DNA from: Microthyrium microscopicum
Lineage: Eukaryota
Assembly: GCA_010405405.1 (NCBI GenBank)
Contig: MU004237.1
Span: forward strand, 38,191 to 102,190
Length of the DNA stretch: 64,000 nucleotides
Reading direction: 5' to 3'
The notes under the pieces: generated by a model
What the model saw: the letters and a program-made list of their open reading frames with translations, nothing else
Databases searched by the model: none
Told to the model about the DNA's origin: nothing
In this document: positions 34,158-47,562 of the stretch, in pieces
Layout: every line of letters begins with the position of its first letter
Numbering within the stretch: position 1 is the stretch's first letter
Made by a program: the position numbers and the translations under genes

Positions 34158-36978
34158 ATGTTACGTCGAACCAAGAGCAAAGATAGGAATGGAAGGTCAC
34201 CGGGTCCCGTCTTTATGAACGACGAGCAGATGTGTATGTTTGTCCTGCATGATATCGTCAATTATAGCCACCAATATGCTAATCAAACAAAACCAATAGC
34301 CGACTATCTCAACGATCTCCGCACAAATCGGCCTTCACGGCCGACCGGTGCTCGTCCTCCACCTTCAAGCTTTCGTTCTCACAGGCATTCCATAGCCCAC
34401 CCTCCGATTTCTGAAGAAGCAATTGATGCTCCTGACTCTCAATCTACAATAAGTTCGACCGACTCGCCAACTCCACGATCCATAAACTCGATTCACCGAA
34501 AGAGTAGCTCCGTGTCGTTCTCGCCTTCTGTAACAACCAAAATTTTACCACATGCTGGTCGGCCGCTTGTCCGGGCACCAGACGGAGAGGATGATATAAT
34601 GGCAGATCTACCATATCAAGAAAAAGGCCCACGCTGGGCTGAACGCCAGGAAGCTCGATCATTACGCAAAGCAATGCAAGATTTAGACTTGGCGGAGGAG
34701 CAAAAACTCTACTCAGCGGCACAAGAAGAGGCAGGTGAACTGGTTTGGAAACATCAAAATCCAGAGAATCCAAATGCCCCATATCCATATCGAGAACACT
34801 TGAAAGACGAGAAAATAAGTCGAAGAGGAAGCTGGGCAAGTGGAGATGTCATTGTTAAAAAGAACAGATCGGAGACAAATGGGTCTGCCACCGTGAGTCG
34901 CTCCACTAGTGGTGAGAGCGCTCTGAGCGGCAGCACAATGAAGAGCGGATCGAATGGCAGTAGGGTGCCGAGCGATAGCTCCATGAAGAGTGCGAACAGT
35001 GATGGTACTAAAAGCAAGCTCAAGAGTGTGCAATTTGCGGAGTCTGTTTTGGAGAAGGAAATGGAGACGGAGAAAGAGGCGCAAGAATTCACACCAGTGT
35101 CGGTCGCACCATCTGCGCCCACTCCATCTCCGAGAAAGATCTCTGCCCGCTTCGGCCTTAGGAAATCGAAAACAGAGCCTGTTGGAGAGAGCATTCTGTT
35201 AGAGGCCAACAATCCGAAAGCACCAGCAGTTGCCAAATTAGCTTCCAACTTTGGCTCTGTTCATCTGCGGAATCCATTTTCAAGAGTGAGGAATGCGAGG
35301 GCATCCATCGCTCGAACAAGTAGTTGTCCACCTGAACCCCCTCAGCTGCCACCATTGGAAAAGCTGGAAAAGGTAGAGATACAAAGAAACCCACCGACGC
35401 AGTCTCGGAATGCCGCTTACACTAGAAACACTCCCTCGCCTGAGAAGGAAGTCATTGAAACCAAAGAGGTTCAAGAGGACATCAAAGTGAAAGATGGGCT
35501 TGAAATAAGAGGTGATGACATCCGGAAGGCAACAAGTATGAGCCTGAAAGATCGAAGTCCCAAATTACCAACTCCTACCATGGTCTCTGATGCTCCAGGA
35601 CGACCAATTGTCAGCTTTCAAAAAGACTGGCAACCTAAAGAGGTCAATTTGAAGGAAGAAATATCAACTCTACCTTCCGTGGGAAAAGTAGAGTCATATC
35701 CTTCTAAAGCCGCAACCACAGATGCATCATCTCCTATTCCAACGATATCTCTGTCGAATTGTGCATCAACCCCACCCAAATTCTCACGGCAATCTCAAGT
35801 ACCTCCCCTAAAACCCTCGTCTGCCGCCTCGAAGCAGCAGCCGATGCCAACTCCGCCGTCCATTAGTGTATCTGCCGCACCATCTACCTCTTCAACCAGA
35901 TCGATGCCTCCAATCCCAACGATCTGCGTTCCAGATGACCCACCAAAACCCAGGGAGAGCTCTCGTTCAATCCCTACAATATCTATTGGAGCACCACCCT
36001 CCATCAACGTCGAACCTCCTTCAATTTCAGTCAGCGCTCCGTCAATATCCGTCTCGCCACCAGCCATATCGGTCAATGATGCCCCAGCCTCAAACAATCG
36101 GCAACCAGTACCCTCCATACGACCATTGCCAACGCCGTCAAAATCATCTTCCCGGCCCCTCCCATCCACAGCGTCGTCACAGCCTCCCATGAAGACCCGC
36201 CCAAGCTGGGCAACTTCCATACCAGCCCGCTCTAGTATCCTCTGTGGTTCATGTGCCCTCCCCATCGCTGGCCGTATCGTCACTGCTGCCGGCGTGCGCT
36301 TTCATCCTGAATGCTTTCAATGCTTCCACTGCGCCGAAGCACTGGAGTGCGTAGCATTCTTCCCAGAGCCCGACAGGCCACGCGCTGAACGAGTGGAGCG
36401 TATCCAAGCGCGCATGCGTGGAGAAGCAGTGGACGGGGATCCAGATGAGGATGGCGATGAGAGTCTGCGCTTCTACTGCCATTTGGACTTTCACGAATTC
36501 TTCAGTCCACGTTGCAAGAGCTGTAAAACGCCAATTGAAGGCGATGTAGTCGTAGCTTGTGGGGCCGAGTGGCATGCTGGTCACTTCTTCTGTGCCCAGT
36601 GTGGTGATGTAAGTTGCCTGGACAATCTTTTCCTGAGATGATAGACTAATATCGATATGTAGCCTTTCGAGTCCACAACGCCGTACGTGGAAAAAGATGG
36701 ATATGCATGGTGTATCAACTGCCATACCAACCGCTTCAGTACAAAATGCAAGAAATGTCGCAAACCAGTCACTGACACTGTGCTTAAAGCACTTGGCGCC
36801 GAGTGGCATGAGCAGTGTTTCTGCTGCACAGTAAGTACTCCAACTATCTTCGGTGACATCTTATACTAACGAACGATAGGAATGCAACGGACCGTTCGCG
36901 GATGGGCGGTATTTCTTGCGTCAAGGACGTGACGATCCTTTTTGTCCGTCTTGCGAAGAACGGCGTCTCAAGTCATGA
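34158..36978 (+). CDS. Paxillin-like LIM-domain protein (three C-terminal LIM domains)
   Basis: Introns ~34234-34299, 36609-36662 and 36831-36879. Long Pro/Ser-rich region, then CxxC..HxxCxxCxxC..C LIM repeats. Stop TGA at 36976-36978. Confidence 0.9.
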
Positions 36979-37444
36979 AAGCCTGGCACATTTCCATTTT
37001 TCAATCATGAAGTGGTCGTCTGAATGAAACATGTACACTATACTTGTACGTTGCGTGTTTGTTGGATCATCTTGAATAAGCGTACACAACCAGCATTGCT
37101 AAGGAGCATTCACTAGGATACATATATACAGTTCGGCTGGGCGTTGGGTCTGTGATTGAGCAATGAATTGGATACATTCAGTGACTTTATCCTCCTAGTC
37201 ATCGTGATATATCGCCGTTTGATGGTTTGACAATGTGTTTGAACTCGAGTATATAAGTCGCCGACTCTCACTTCAGAGAAGAACACCAACCATCATTTCA
37301 TAAACTTGACAAATCAGTCATAGAATCAACACATTCTTCTCCCATCTATCAACGCTGGACGTTGACAAACACGCTCATCACAGCCAAGAACTCGAAACTG
37401 CCGCATCACAGAAAACATCCTGATCCCTCAACAACCTCACCACA

Positions 37445-37954
37445 ATGCCATCCAACTCTGATGATGTCAGGCCATCAGCATGGATCGCCTACATGATACC
37501 AGACAAAGCTACCGACGCCAACTCTCCTAAGCCAACAGCCGAATCTCTCATTGGAAGAACTATTCAAGGTCCGGTACCACGGGATCTTGAACCAGACACG
37601 ACCACCACCACTACGTCCACAGCAACTTTGACGACCACGTCAATCTTGACCGCGACTGAGACCCCATATGATAAGCGAGACGAGCCCGGTGAAAAGAAGG
37701 GTGAAGGTGGAGGAAACAGCCAGGGAAGCAATCAACCCGGCAGCGGCAGCCGTGGTACAAGTGGTGGTAGCGGGTATACAGGCGGCGGCGGCACAAATGG
37801 TGGTGTCTATACGCCAATGGGTGGTGGTACCACGTTCATCCCAGATCCACATCAAAATTCTGCGATGTCGAACTCTTCAGGATTTCCGGGGCTAGCGTGG
37901 CTGCTTTTTGGGGCGGTCTTCTGGATATTGGTGTTCAAACGAAGCCGTGGTTGA
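37445..37954 (+). CDS. Small Thr/Gly-rich protein with a C-terminal hydrophobic segment, function unknown
   Basis: 169-aa ORF with good start context (CACAATG) and a TATA-like element at ~37250. C-terminal TM-like GLAWLLFGAVFWILVF. Confidence 0.6.
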   Translation: MPSNSDDVRPSAWIAYMIPDKATDANSPKPTAESLIGRTIQGPVPRDLEPDTTTTTTSTATLTTTSILTATETPYDKRDEPGEKKGEGGGNSQGSNQPGSGSRGTSGGSGYTGGGGTNGGVYTPMGGGTTFIPDPHQNSAMSNSSGFPGLAWLLFGAVFWILVFKRSRG

Positions 37955-38216
37955 TTGACGTAAGGAGGATGAGACGGAGAGCTGGCCGTCACGATTCGTG
38001 CGATGCTTAACTGATGTTGTGTTTCTGATTATTGCAATGTTGATGGTTAGTAAACCTTTACTGCAATACTCTGGCTAAGCTTTGATCAATGATTTTCCTG
38101 AGGCTGGCGCAAGAATGAGCTCTAAATCCTTCCGCTGTCTTCGGACCGAGTGTAATGTACTCTGTAGTGTGGTGTTCTCATGGTAAAGCCCCGTGCTTGG
38201 TCTTAGTCCAGCTCTA

Positions 38217-40596
38217 CTAAAGCATCTTCCTTGGTCCTTTTGAAGTCACTGGCGGCCGACCTCCGATGATACGGACACCGCCACCCCACTGATGCCAAAC
38301 AAGCTGATGATTCTGGTCCAAGCAGTGTGCTCCATTGACAACGCAGGAATTGCATAAATCAAAACTGTCATTAGCACATATCATGCAGTGGTATGCTTCA
38401 CTGCAAGGACGGTCGCAATTGTCACAAAAATTCGAGTTTAGCCATCCGCCCTCGGCCGTGAGTTGCGAGTGCGTCAATAAGGTATTATTGCTTGATTGGC
38501 TGGGCTCGTTAGTTACGCAGATATCCATTTCATCTTCTGAAGGAAAGAGCTTCAAAAGAGACCTGGCTGACCGTCGTAGATAGGGATCAGCCGACCGGCA
38601 GACTGAAATCATGCCTTGAAAGTAAACAGGGACTTCCAGGTCAGTAGAAGACGGGAGAGCAATTGGATTTCTGTGTTCCTGGCGACAATTCACTTTCTTC
38701 GTTTCTTGTCACCTTGCGAGATCGCAAAATATGGACGCAATATGTAGAGCTTCAGCCTCTGCAAACATCCACAAAACGAGGCCAAGGTTGAAAAGATCGG
38801 TTTCGACAGTTGCAAAGTATTCAACGGGCTCGCTCCAAGCATAGCTGCTCCTGTATTCCGGTGGTATTTGACCCATCCAGTTCAGCCCGAGACCAATGTC
38901 GTTGTACCAAATTTGCAGAGATGGACGATCATCGTCACTCAAGAAGATGCCTCCAAGAAGACCGGGTTTGATCCCCAATACGAGTCCCTGTGCATGAGCA
39001 GACGCCACGGTTTTGACGAGGCTTCTGGCCCACCTTTCTCTCCGGGTCCAAGTTGTATGCTCAGGGATCAACTCCATCGCAAGATATTTGCAGGGACCAG
39101 ATGGCAATGCTAAAAGCACACCTTTGATGAAGTGCCTGTTGTCATCCAGGACGAGACCGTGGAACTGACCTACTCCTTCAACTCCATCAAACTCTCTGAC
39201 GCGTTGAATCTCGAGCAATAGTACTTGTTCGTAGTCCGATACCCAAAGATGGTATAGGCAGGTTCTCGTATTGGCATAGACCAACCATCTAGACTCGTCG
39301 TCCCGCTTAAGAAGTACAAGTTCTTTCTCCAGAAAACTTGGTAAATCCCCAAATAACTTGGTGTTGAATCGTACAAGCTTTGTGACCTGTTGGCTAGATG
39401 ACTTTACGAGTTGAAATGAGCCGGCGTGCGTTGAAGGTTCTATACCTTGACAATTAGGCTGAAATAACAGCTCAGAATCATCCTCAATATCTTGAGATAT
39501 ACCTCCCAAAGCCGATGTAACCGCAACATCCAGGCTAGTGGGACATGCTGTTGCGTGGAAAACTCCTTGGGGCAGCTTTGACAAGATATTGCTCCAGTCA
39601 TTCGGCAAGTCGTTAGCATGCACTAGGATGGAATTCCTACGCCAACACCGGGGAGATGGTGTATACTGCAACACATATTGCGCTAGGATTCGCCCAGAAG
39701 AGGACCTACTGATAGCCTTTTCATAAGAAATCAACGTGTGCCGGAGGCTTGTGTCTACCATATACTGTACTGGAAAGAACACCGAAGAACGCTCCAGATG
39801 GGAACTTACTTCTACTTGATATGTGGTGAGAATGGAAGCAGTGGCCAGTGGCTGGACTTCAGTTGCATATCTCCTTCCTCTTCTGTTGAATTGAGATTAA
39901 CGAGACTGGACTTCACGAGTTGAGTTGCGATGTGGGCAAGTGCTCGTGTACGTTCTGGGGGAATATGAGATAGACCAGACTCTTCATGAGTTCTTCTCAA
40001 ATAATCAACAAAGTCTCGTTGATCTCGATTGATGGAAGATTCGTAAGATCCTACAGACACTGATTGCTTCCGTGCGCTAGGTTTGTAACTCTCGACTCCT
40101 TTTTCTGCCGGTCTTCCTGGCTGCGCCACTGTTAAAGCAAGTCTGCTCAGCTTGAAGCTTCAACGGTCAGTCTATCCCGCTCTTAGATTGGGGATCAGTT
40201 TACTAAGAGCGTGAGAGTCTGTATGTCGCTCTTCAATCTTTCCTCAATACGCTGAAATTCCGCCTTGAGCCGCAAGACCTTTCGTCCGTGAACGAAGACT
40301 AACGCGTTTGTTGTGAGTCGTGACGATGAAGAAAACACTTGCATCCAATCTCGAATCTGCTCAATAAGTATATTGACAGCTTCAACATGTTTCACAAAAT
40401 CAGTCACTGTAGGAGAGCCATCGTACAGGCGACTAGAATGGATTCCTTTCAACACGTTGGCTATTGACTCGAGTTCGACGCTGAGTTCTCGGATCCGTCG
40501 TTGGACTCGGCTAGATTTTCGTAACTCCTCAGCCGTGTCTCCTGCCGATTGGGCAACGACTAGAATTGGTACTGACAGAGTCTGCTCAGGTGGCAT
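38217..40596 (-). pseudogene. Kinase-like domain plus C-terminal ZZ-type zinc-finger protein with an N-terminal helical domain; disrupted by an in-frame stop and a probable frameshift
   Basis: Kinase-like C-lobe motifs (AHAQGLVLG, IPPEY, TDLFNLGLVLW) and a ZZ finger (FCDNC...YHCMIC..DSFDLC..C...HC..H). In-frame TGA at 38709-38711. The frame change near 39790-39900 has no clean intron. Confidence 0.6.
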
Positions 40597-40959
40597 TGAC
40601 GTAGTGAGAAAGATAGTTGTTAGCTGTCCGAGCAAGAATAATTTGACCGCGGAGTAAAGCTCTTGAGGCTGTGCAAGGCAAAGGAGGCCTCTGGGCCAGG
40701 GTTGTGATACTCGTGATACATGTCTTGGTGTAACAACCAATCGTTATCAGTCTTCGATGCCCCAGACTGAGAGTAAAACGATATATTCAGTAGCACAAGC
40801 CGCCAATTTAAAAAGGTATGTACACCGACACTCTTTCCAAATATCCACCCAGAACACGCTCAAATAAACGCCATACCCAATGCAATAGATGCCGCTCAAT
40901 ACATCATGCAACATATACACTTTCATACAATCCCTCATACACCTTCCATACACTTCACA

Positions 40960-43900
40960 TTATACTCGTCCCTCCGGACTAGGACTCCTCCCCGGTCTCC
41001 GCCTACTGATACTCCTCCTCAAACTCTCACCCCAAGCACTCTCATCTAACGCATCCAGCACACTCTGCACACTAACCGCTGAGTTACTTCTTGATCTCGC
41101 AGACCCATCCATTTCTCTCGTCGGACTCAATGTGGTTTGCCCAGCTGCTGCCAGGGATGTCGCAGTGAGATCTAACGGAGGTATAACATAGCTACCAGTC
41201 CCACCGAGCCCTTGGTTCGCTCCGCTCGACACACCACCATCAACAGCTAGATGCATGGGCGAAATTTGAGGCGTCAGGAAGGGCGGACTAGTCCCGGGAC
41301 TAACCTGAATACTATTCCTCGCCGGCGGCGTGACGATACCAGACAGTGAAGGCGATGAAGCGCGGGAAGACGGGCCAGTGGACAGATGAGCAGGATAATG
41401 CGGTTCATCATCAGCGTCCGGATCACCTTCGACGAAAATTTCAGGCACAGTGAAGGTAGGTATCGTTTGCATCCTTCCAAGATTCTGCTGTGCCTGATGT
41501 TTCCTTAAAAAGCGGCGCCAGTAGAGCGTGTCAAAGAAGCCGATTACTATCTGTCTCCGCACAGCCTCGTCGACGCGCTGGAGGCGAGCTCGACGACGTA
41601 GAAATTCGTGCAGACGCAGTGATTTGTTGTCATTAATAACTTTGTAATGTGCGAGGATCATGAGTAATTGGCTAAAAGAGATTCCGCGGTCGCGCTCCGA
41701 GCTTACGAGGACTTCTTCGTAAAATTGATTGAGTCGGTGTCGACGGCGACGGATTTCGAGAATCGGTAGGGCGCGGAGACGCTCGTTGAGTTTGGCGAGG
41801 TCGATTTCGCGGTCTGTAGGTGATTCGTGGGTGATAGTGTGGTAGGAGGTTGGGCGGTTAGATTTGGCGCAGTCGTCCATGAGGCGCTTGACAGTAAAGT
41901 CGCCGTCGTAGATGCGCATCTCAAACACACCTGATAATTCTCGGAGGAGGTGGGGGAGTTTATCCTTTTCAATGTAGCCGGTGCCGTTGGGGTCGACGAC
42001 AGCCCAAGCATCTTTGAACCGCCGGATTTCTTCACGGCTGATGACTGAGAGGCCGCTGGACTTTTGGTAGACGTACGAGAAGGACTCGTAAATAAGTGAG
42101 ACGAAGAGATTGACGAAGATATACATGCTCAGGATGTTCCAGAGTATGAAAATAATTCGAGCCCATGTGGGACTTCCACAGTCGGTATTGAATGATACGC
42201 CATCGACGCAATATGGTGGGCGAATATTGGCCATATCTTCCATGATCTGATTCCATCCTTCTCCGACAGAGGTTCTGAACAAGAGGATCAATGCTTTTGG
42301 CACATTTCGGAAATTGATATTGCCATTCTCATTCGGTCCAAAACGCGTGAGGCCAAACGCTTGTGTCAAGGCAATGGCAAATACCAGGAACAATACGAAC
42401 CACGTAGCTAGTAAGTTGATGATTGATGTGAGACTAGCCGCAGCTGTCTTGAAAAGTTGATCCAATTGGTTGTTCCTTGGGATGATGAGCAGAGCAAGCG
42501 AAACCAGGAACAGACTGTTGACTCTGACGAGAGACGAACTATCAGGGGAAATAAGGACTCCGACAGTGGTGACTAGAGTTCCAGCGACTGCTATTATCGA
42601 ATAAATGTCCCAGGAGCTTTTGCTGAATCGAGGCCATGTCAGACCCATGATTCGAATGACAATGTTGGCAGCTACAACAAGCGTGAACAGCAAGAAAAGA
42701 GCATCTGTTTCAGTCAGCAACTAAGATCAATTCGATTTGTGTGCTTGGTACTTACCTCGAACACGTTCCCAAGCTTCAATAGTGGGATAGAATTCAAGAC
42801 AGAGCAATATCAAGTGCGCCACCAAAGTGCAAGTGACAAACCGCTGCCAAGCACCAGTTTTTCGAACAGCCAGCCGATACACCGTCTTCATCCACTTTGC
42901 CTGAGCATCAGGATTGACCGGACGCTTTGAAGGAGAAACTTGTCGCAACAACTTTCTCAGTTCCAGCCAGGATCGCTGATCGCTAGTCAAGAAGGCTACA
43001 CCCGTCATCTCAGTGTAATTGCGCATGAAGACAGAGACAAACAGCGTCAACACGAAAACGGCACCGAGCAAATTGAAGATTACGAAGAAAACAGCGTTTC
43101 CCTGCGCCGAGAAAGGGGCTGGTTGCTTGAAAATGCCAGTCACCGACTGTGCGCTCCACATGACATCGATCCAACCTTCCTGTGACACAATCTGGAAGAG
43201 AATAAACAGCGAGTCGCCGAAGTTATCGAACGAGTAGTACGAGTTTGCCGCCACACGGGGCGCATATACATTCCAATTATACGGGCTGCTTGAGTTGTAT
43301 TCACCCACGCAGTCATTGAGGTCAAAGATATTGCTGTTACCATCGTTGCACTGGACAAATTTGTTGGAGAAGATGTTGAGGCCTAGGATGGCAAACGGGA
43401 AGAGCAAGCTAAGCGACACGAATGCAGCCGAGATGACCTTGACGCCTCCACGGACAATAACTGAATGAAAATTCTCGCGAGCGCTGTCACTGACATTGAG
43501 TAGGCGGAGAGCTCGAAGTGCTTTGAAGGCGCCAACGGCACGAGAGACCTGGCCGGCATTGTAGAACTGGGAGGAGACGTTGATCCATAATGTTATTAGG
43601 ACGACACCGTCAATAAAACCCCATGTGCTACGGAAATAGGCATTGGGGGTCCAGAAGAAACCGTCTGCGATGATCTTGATGGCTGCTTCGATGCTAAAGA
43701 CGACCGCGAAGCCCAGGTCCGAAAAGACGAACCAGTTCTTTGGGCTGAAGTTGTGGCGTTGAAAATATTCCTTTTGATATAGTGGTGTGGTGACGCAAGC
43801 GAGGACGACCATGGCTACGATAGCTGCATAGATGAAGGCAGAGAAAGCATACCATACTGAAATTGTGGGCAAGACACCGTCAATGCGGGCGCCACCGCGA

Positions 43901-46900
43901 CCAGGTCCTACAATACGCTGGCAAATCTTCCGGATGGGATTGTCAGAACGGAACATGAAGAGAGATACGTTGTAGTTTGGATGTTTTCGTAAGTATTCTC
44001 GTTGAGCTTGCTTTCGTCGGTTCTGCGCAGACATGACTTCCTTGGCCATCTGACTAGGATCAAGTTCATTCTCAGCGGCTTTGGCGAAATCGATTCGAGA
44101 GTAGAATGGATTGGGATCTTCATTTTTGATTTTCCCAACGAAAGACGTCCATAGTGATGATAAAGTACCTGTACGTACCACGGCAGTGGGGGCAGGTCTG
44201 ATATTCATCCTTGGCTCCTCCATTTCGAATCCGGGGCTTTGGATGCCGGCAGGCTCTTCGCTCGTGTCCAAGAAATCTCTCACAACCGCGTCTTTAAGAA
44301 GTAATTCTGTTTGTTGAGAATTGCCAAAGGCATGAGCGTCGTGTCGTTTGCCGCTAACGAGGCCATATCGAAAAATTGTTGAAAGTGACAGATTTCCATG
44401 TCCTGCAGTAATACCAGCTTCTCTCTGCTCTAGGAAAGACTTGACTTGCTGTAAGCGCTTTTCATCCTCTGACACATCGAAGTTCTCTTGAATGACAGCA
44501 ATAAACATGTTCAAGGTAATGAAGTTAGCCAAAATGTACCACAAGATAAAAAATGCGGCGGCCATCCAGGCAGTATTGTATTTGATGTCATAACTGGTCA
44601 CGGAATATAAGATGGCGGTCCAGTTTTCGCTCGAAAATATTTGGTACATGCCCAGGAAAGAATTCCAAAGCGATTGAAATTGGGTCCGAATGGTGTTGCT
44701 CTGGAAATCCTGTTGAGGAACGCTTCCTCTAAACATTTGAGCAGCAAGAATAGCCGCTAGAAAAGTAAAGAGAAACACGAAGAGGATAAGGTTGGCCAGA
44801 CCAGCGACGTTACCCAACATTATTAGGATCAGATCGCGGGTAAGGGGGATGGCTAAGACGAGCCGGTAAATTCGAGCGATTTGGAAGAACGTCAACCAAG
44901 CATAAGGACTTCCAGAGTTGTGGATCTGAGGAATCTGAATGACGGTTGTGATGACCGCCAAAGTAAAATCAACCAAGTTTGTTTTGCTCTTGAAAAATGT
45001 TCTCCAGTCAATGGCAACTCGAAGTATCATCTCGATCAATAAGACGAACGTGATGATGGTTTCGGTGACACTAATAAGTGTGGCACGACTCTGGCTCATA
45101 CTTGCACTTGTAAAGCATTGCATCAAAAGCCCGACAGCAATGACTGCTAACCAGAACCATTTGGTCTTTTCGAATGCCTTTTTCAGTGTGCTTGATCGAG
45201 GTGGTGTTTTTATTATCGCTTCTTCTTTGGCATCTGCCATTTTTTGATCCTCATCTTCACCAGTGAAAGCACTGGCTTTACTCTCTTCGCGAATGACTTG
45301 GAAAGATGAGGTGATGACGGCGATGAGTAAATTGATGAGCCATAGAAACAAGATTACGATGGCGACAGCAAAGAAGACGGCTGCTGCTAGATAATCACTG
45401 TTTGTCAGGTAGTACATCAGGTCTGTAAAGGTATTGGATGTCATGATGACAAAGATGAGCTCGGCGGAATTGGCGATATTGTCAAAACTGACAGAGCCGT
45501 TGTATGGATTCCCGTTTTCTACGCAATTGGATTGGGGAGGACAGAGATACCCTTTGTGCTCTGAAGTTCCCGGTGTTCCATCTGCTTTAATCCATGGTTC
45601 CGCAGCAAAAGTCGCGTTGTTGAGATGGCCTCCGCAAAATTGGAAAGAGTTGGTCCAATTATTGCTAGAATTGGTTGGATCAGTCCAGACACATTGTCGT
45701 CGTAAACTGGATTGAAAGCTTTGCACACCGACAATTGCAAAAAGCAACCAAAAGAAGCCGATTAGGAAGGCGACATTTAACAGCATAGGAGCCGCTTTTT
45801 TCAGACTTCGTAGAATAACGGTGGTTCCACTGGTAAGGTACAACAACCGCATTATACGTAAGCAGCTCAGCATCCTGAACACGAAGATGTGCCTTCCAGA
45901 TTCAAAGGAGATCATTTGAAGACCAAAGCTGATCCAATATGCGCAAACTGCAATAAAGTCCAGTCTGTTGAACGAGTGGCGCAAGAATGCTCGGCGTGCC
46001 AACCTTACTCGCTGAGTAAACTTTGAATCGCCATGAGCGAAATCTGCTTGCATGGTGAGGGCCCGGATAAGAGAAGGTTGAACGGGCCCAAATTCCTCAT
46101 TGTCGACGGATAGTTCCTCTCGTTGTGGTCGTGTATGGGGTGTTCCAAAAAGATGCCGTGACTTCCTCTTCAAGGCTTTTCCCCAACCTATTTCTCGATT
46201 GATGGTGCTGTACTCTACTGGGTTCAGAATGAAGCCAGACACGATTATCCGAATAATAATTTCTATGGTATAAATGGCAAATAAGGCTAATATGCAGTAG
46301 TCGATCCAGGAATTTCCGAATCTGAAAAGGGCAGGATGGTCATATTCTACATGTCGGTTCGAGTCAATCGCTAAAAGGATGGTTTGAAGTACAATGAGAC
46401 AAAAAACGGCTGGTTCGGTCCAAGGATGTAGTAGAAGGTCGCAAAGCTTCATCCGGAGCGTACTGTCTTCCGGTATTAGTCCTAGTGATTTGCCTCGAAA
46501 AGGATTTGCATTTGGCCGTCCTCGCACAAGTCCAGGTCGCGGTGGCAATTGGTCTTCATTGATCTGTATCGAGGGGAGCTTTTCTTGTTGTGGCGTTATT
46601 GGAGCGACGGCAGGGCTCGAAGGCTGTGGGACCGGACCAACATGGCTCATTTCGATCCCTTCTTGGGGTGGCATATCCTTGACGGAGCTCTTTCGTCGGA
46701 TGGATCGTTCAACTACATCTTGCTCGTTACTTAAGTTGACAATACGCTGTGACATTTGGCGTATCATCGTGCGCGTTCGCGTTAGCGGAGAGGTTGGCGA
46801 GACTGAACGTTGACTTGGCGTTCTGTTTGGCGTTGTTGGCGACAGAGAAGCACCTTCTGATCGCCCTAGATCATCCCCTAGATGTGATGTTGTTAATTGT

Positions 46901-47562
46901 GGTCCAAATCTAACTCCTGGCCTTGAATTCCGATTATGTCGTTGACCGTGTGGGATTGCCGAACCACTTATCGGGGCCGGATGTTGTGCTATAGGCACAT
47001 TTTCAATCAAAGGTATGGCAGAAAAGGCAGCATCGCCCTCGCCGTCCATAGATGCGCCCTCACCCATTGTGTTTATGGAAGACTGATTACTCGTGTTCCG
47101 TACATGCCGTGAACTAGATGGACCTGCCACGGCGGAAGCACCATTGGATGAAGCTGATGAGACTGCGGAAAGCGAAACGCCAAAATCAGGAATTCCAGTA
47201 AGAGCAGCTTGAAAGCCAGCGATATCCAAGGGGGAGGTGGGAGTTGAAGCTGTACCGTGTGCTGACGGATTACTGGCAGGAATGGCCAAATGAATGGAAC
47301 CCTGGGGTGGTCGTGTCGGACTGTATTCCCTATCCGCGCCGCTCAAGGGCTGATAATTTCCGCCGGCCACCCATTGCGCCCCGCTGGGTGAACGCCCGCG
47401 CAAAGTATCTGTAAACGAGCGAAGACGCCCAGACTGGTTTGGGTCATCAGAGGGAGATATAGGAGGGTCGTTGGAGGTGGAAGCGGAGGCGGAGGCACGG
47501 ATCGGAGTCGCATTGGAGGTAGTCAGACGGCGTCGAGAAGGATCATTGTTGGGAGGATCCAT
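40960..47562 (-). CDS. CCH1: High-affinity voltage-gated-type Ca2+ channel subunit Cch1 (~2183 aa)
   Basis: Four 6-TM repeats with Arg-rich S4 segments. Pore loops TSNTF / SSENW / SQEGW / VGEGW (N-E-E-E filter). EF-hand-like DPNGTGYI. One intron, 42705-42755. Confidence 0.97.

Noticed and set aside
38709..38711. Selenocysteine recoding of the in-frame TGA
   Set aside because: Ascomycetes lack the Sec machinery, and no SECIS element was identified.
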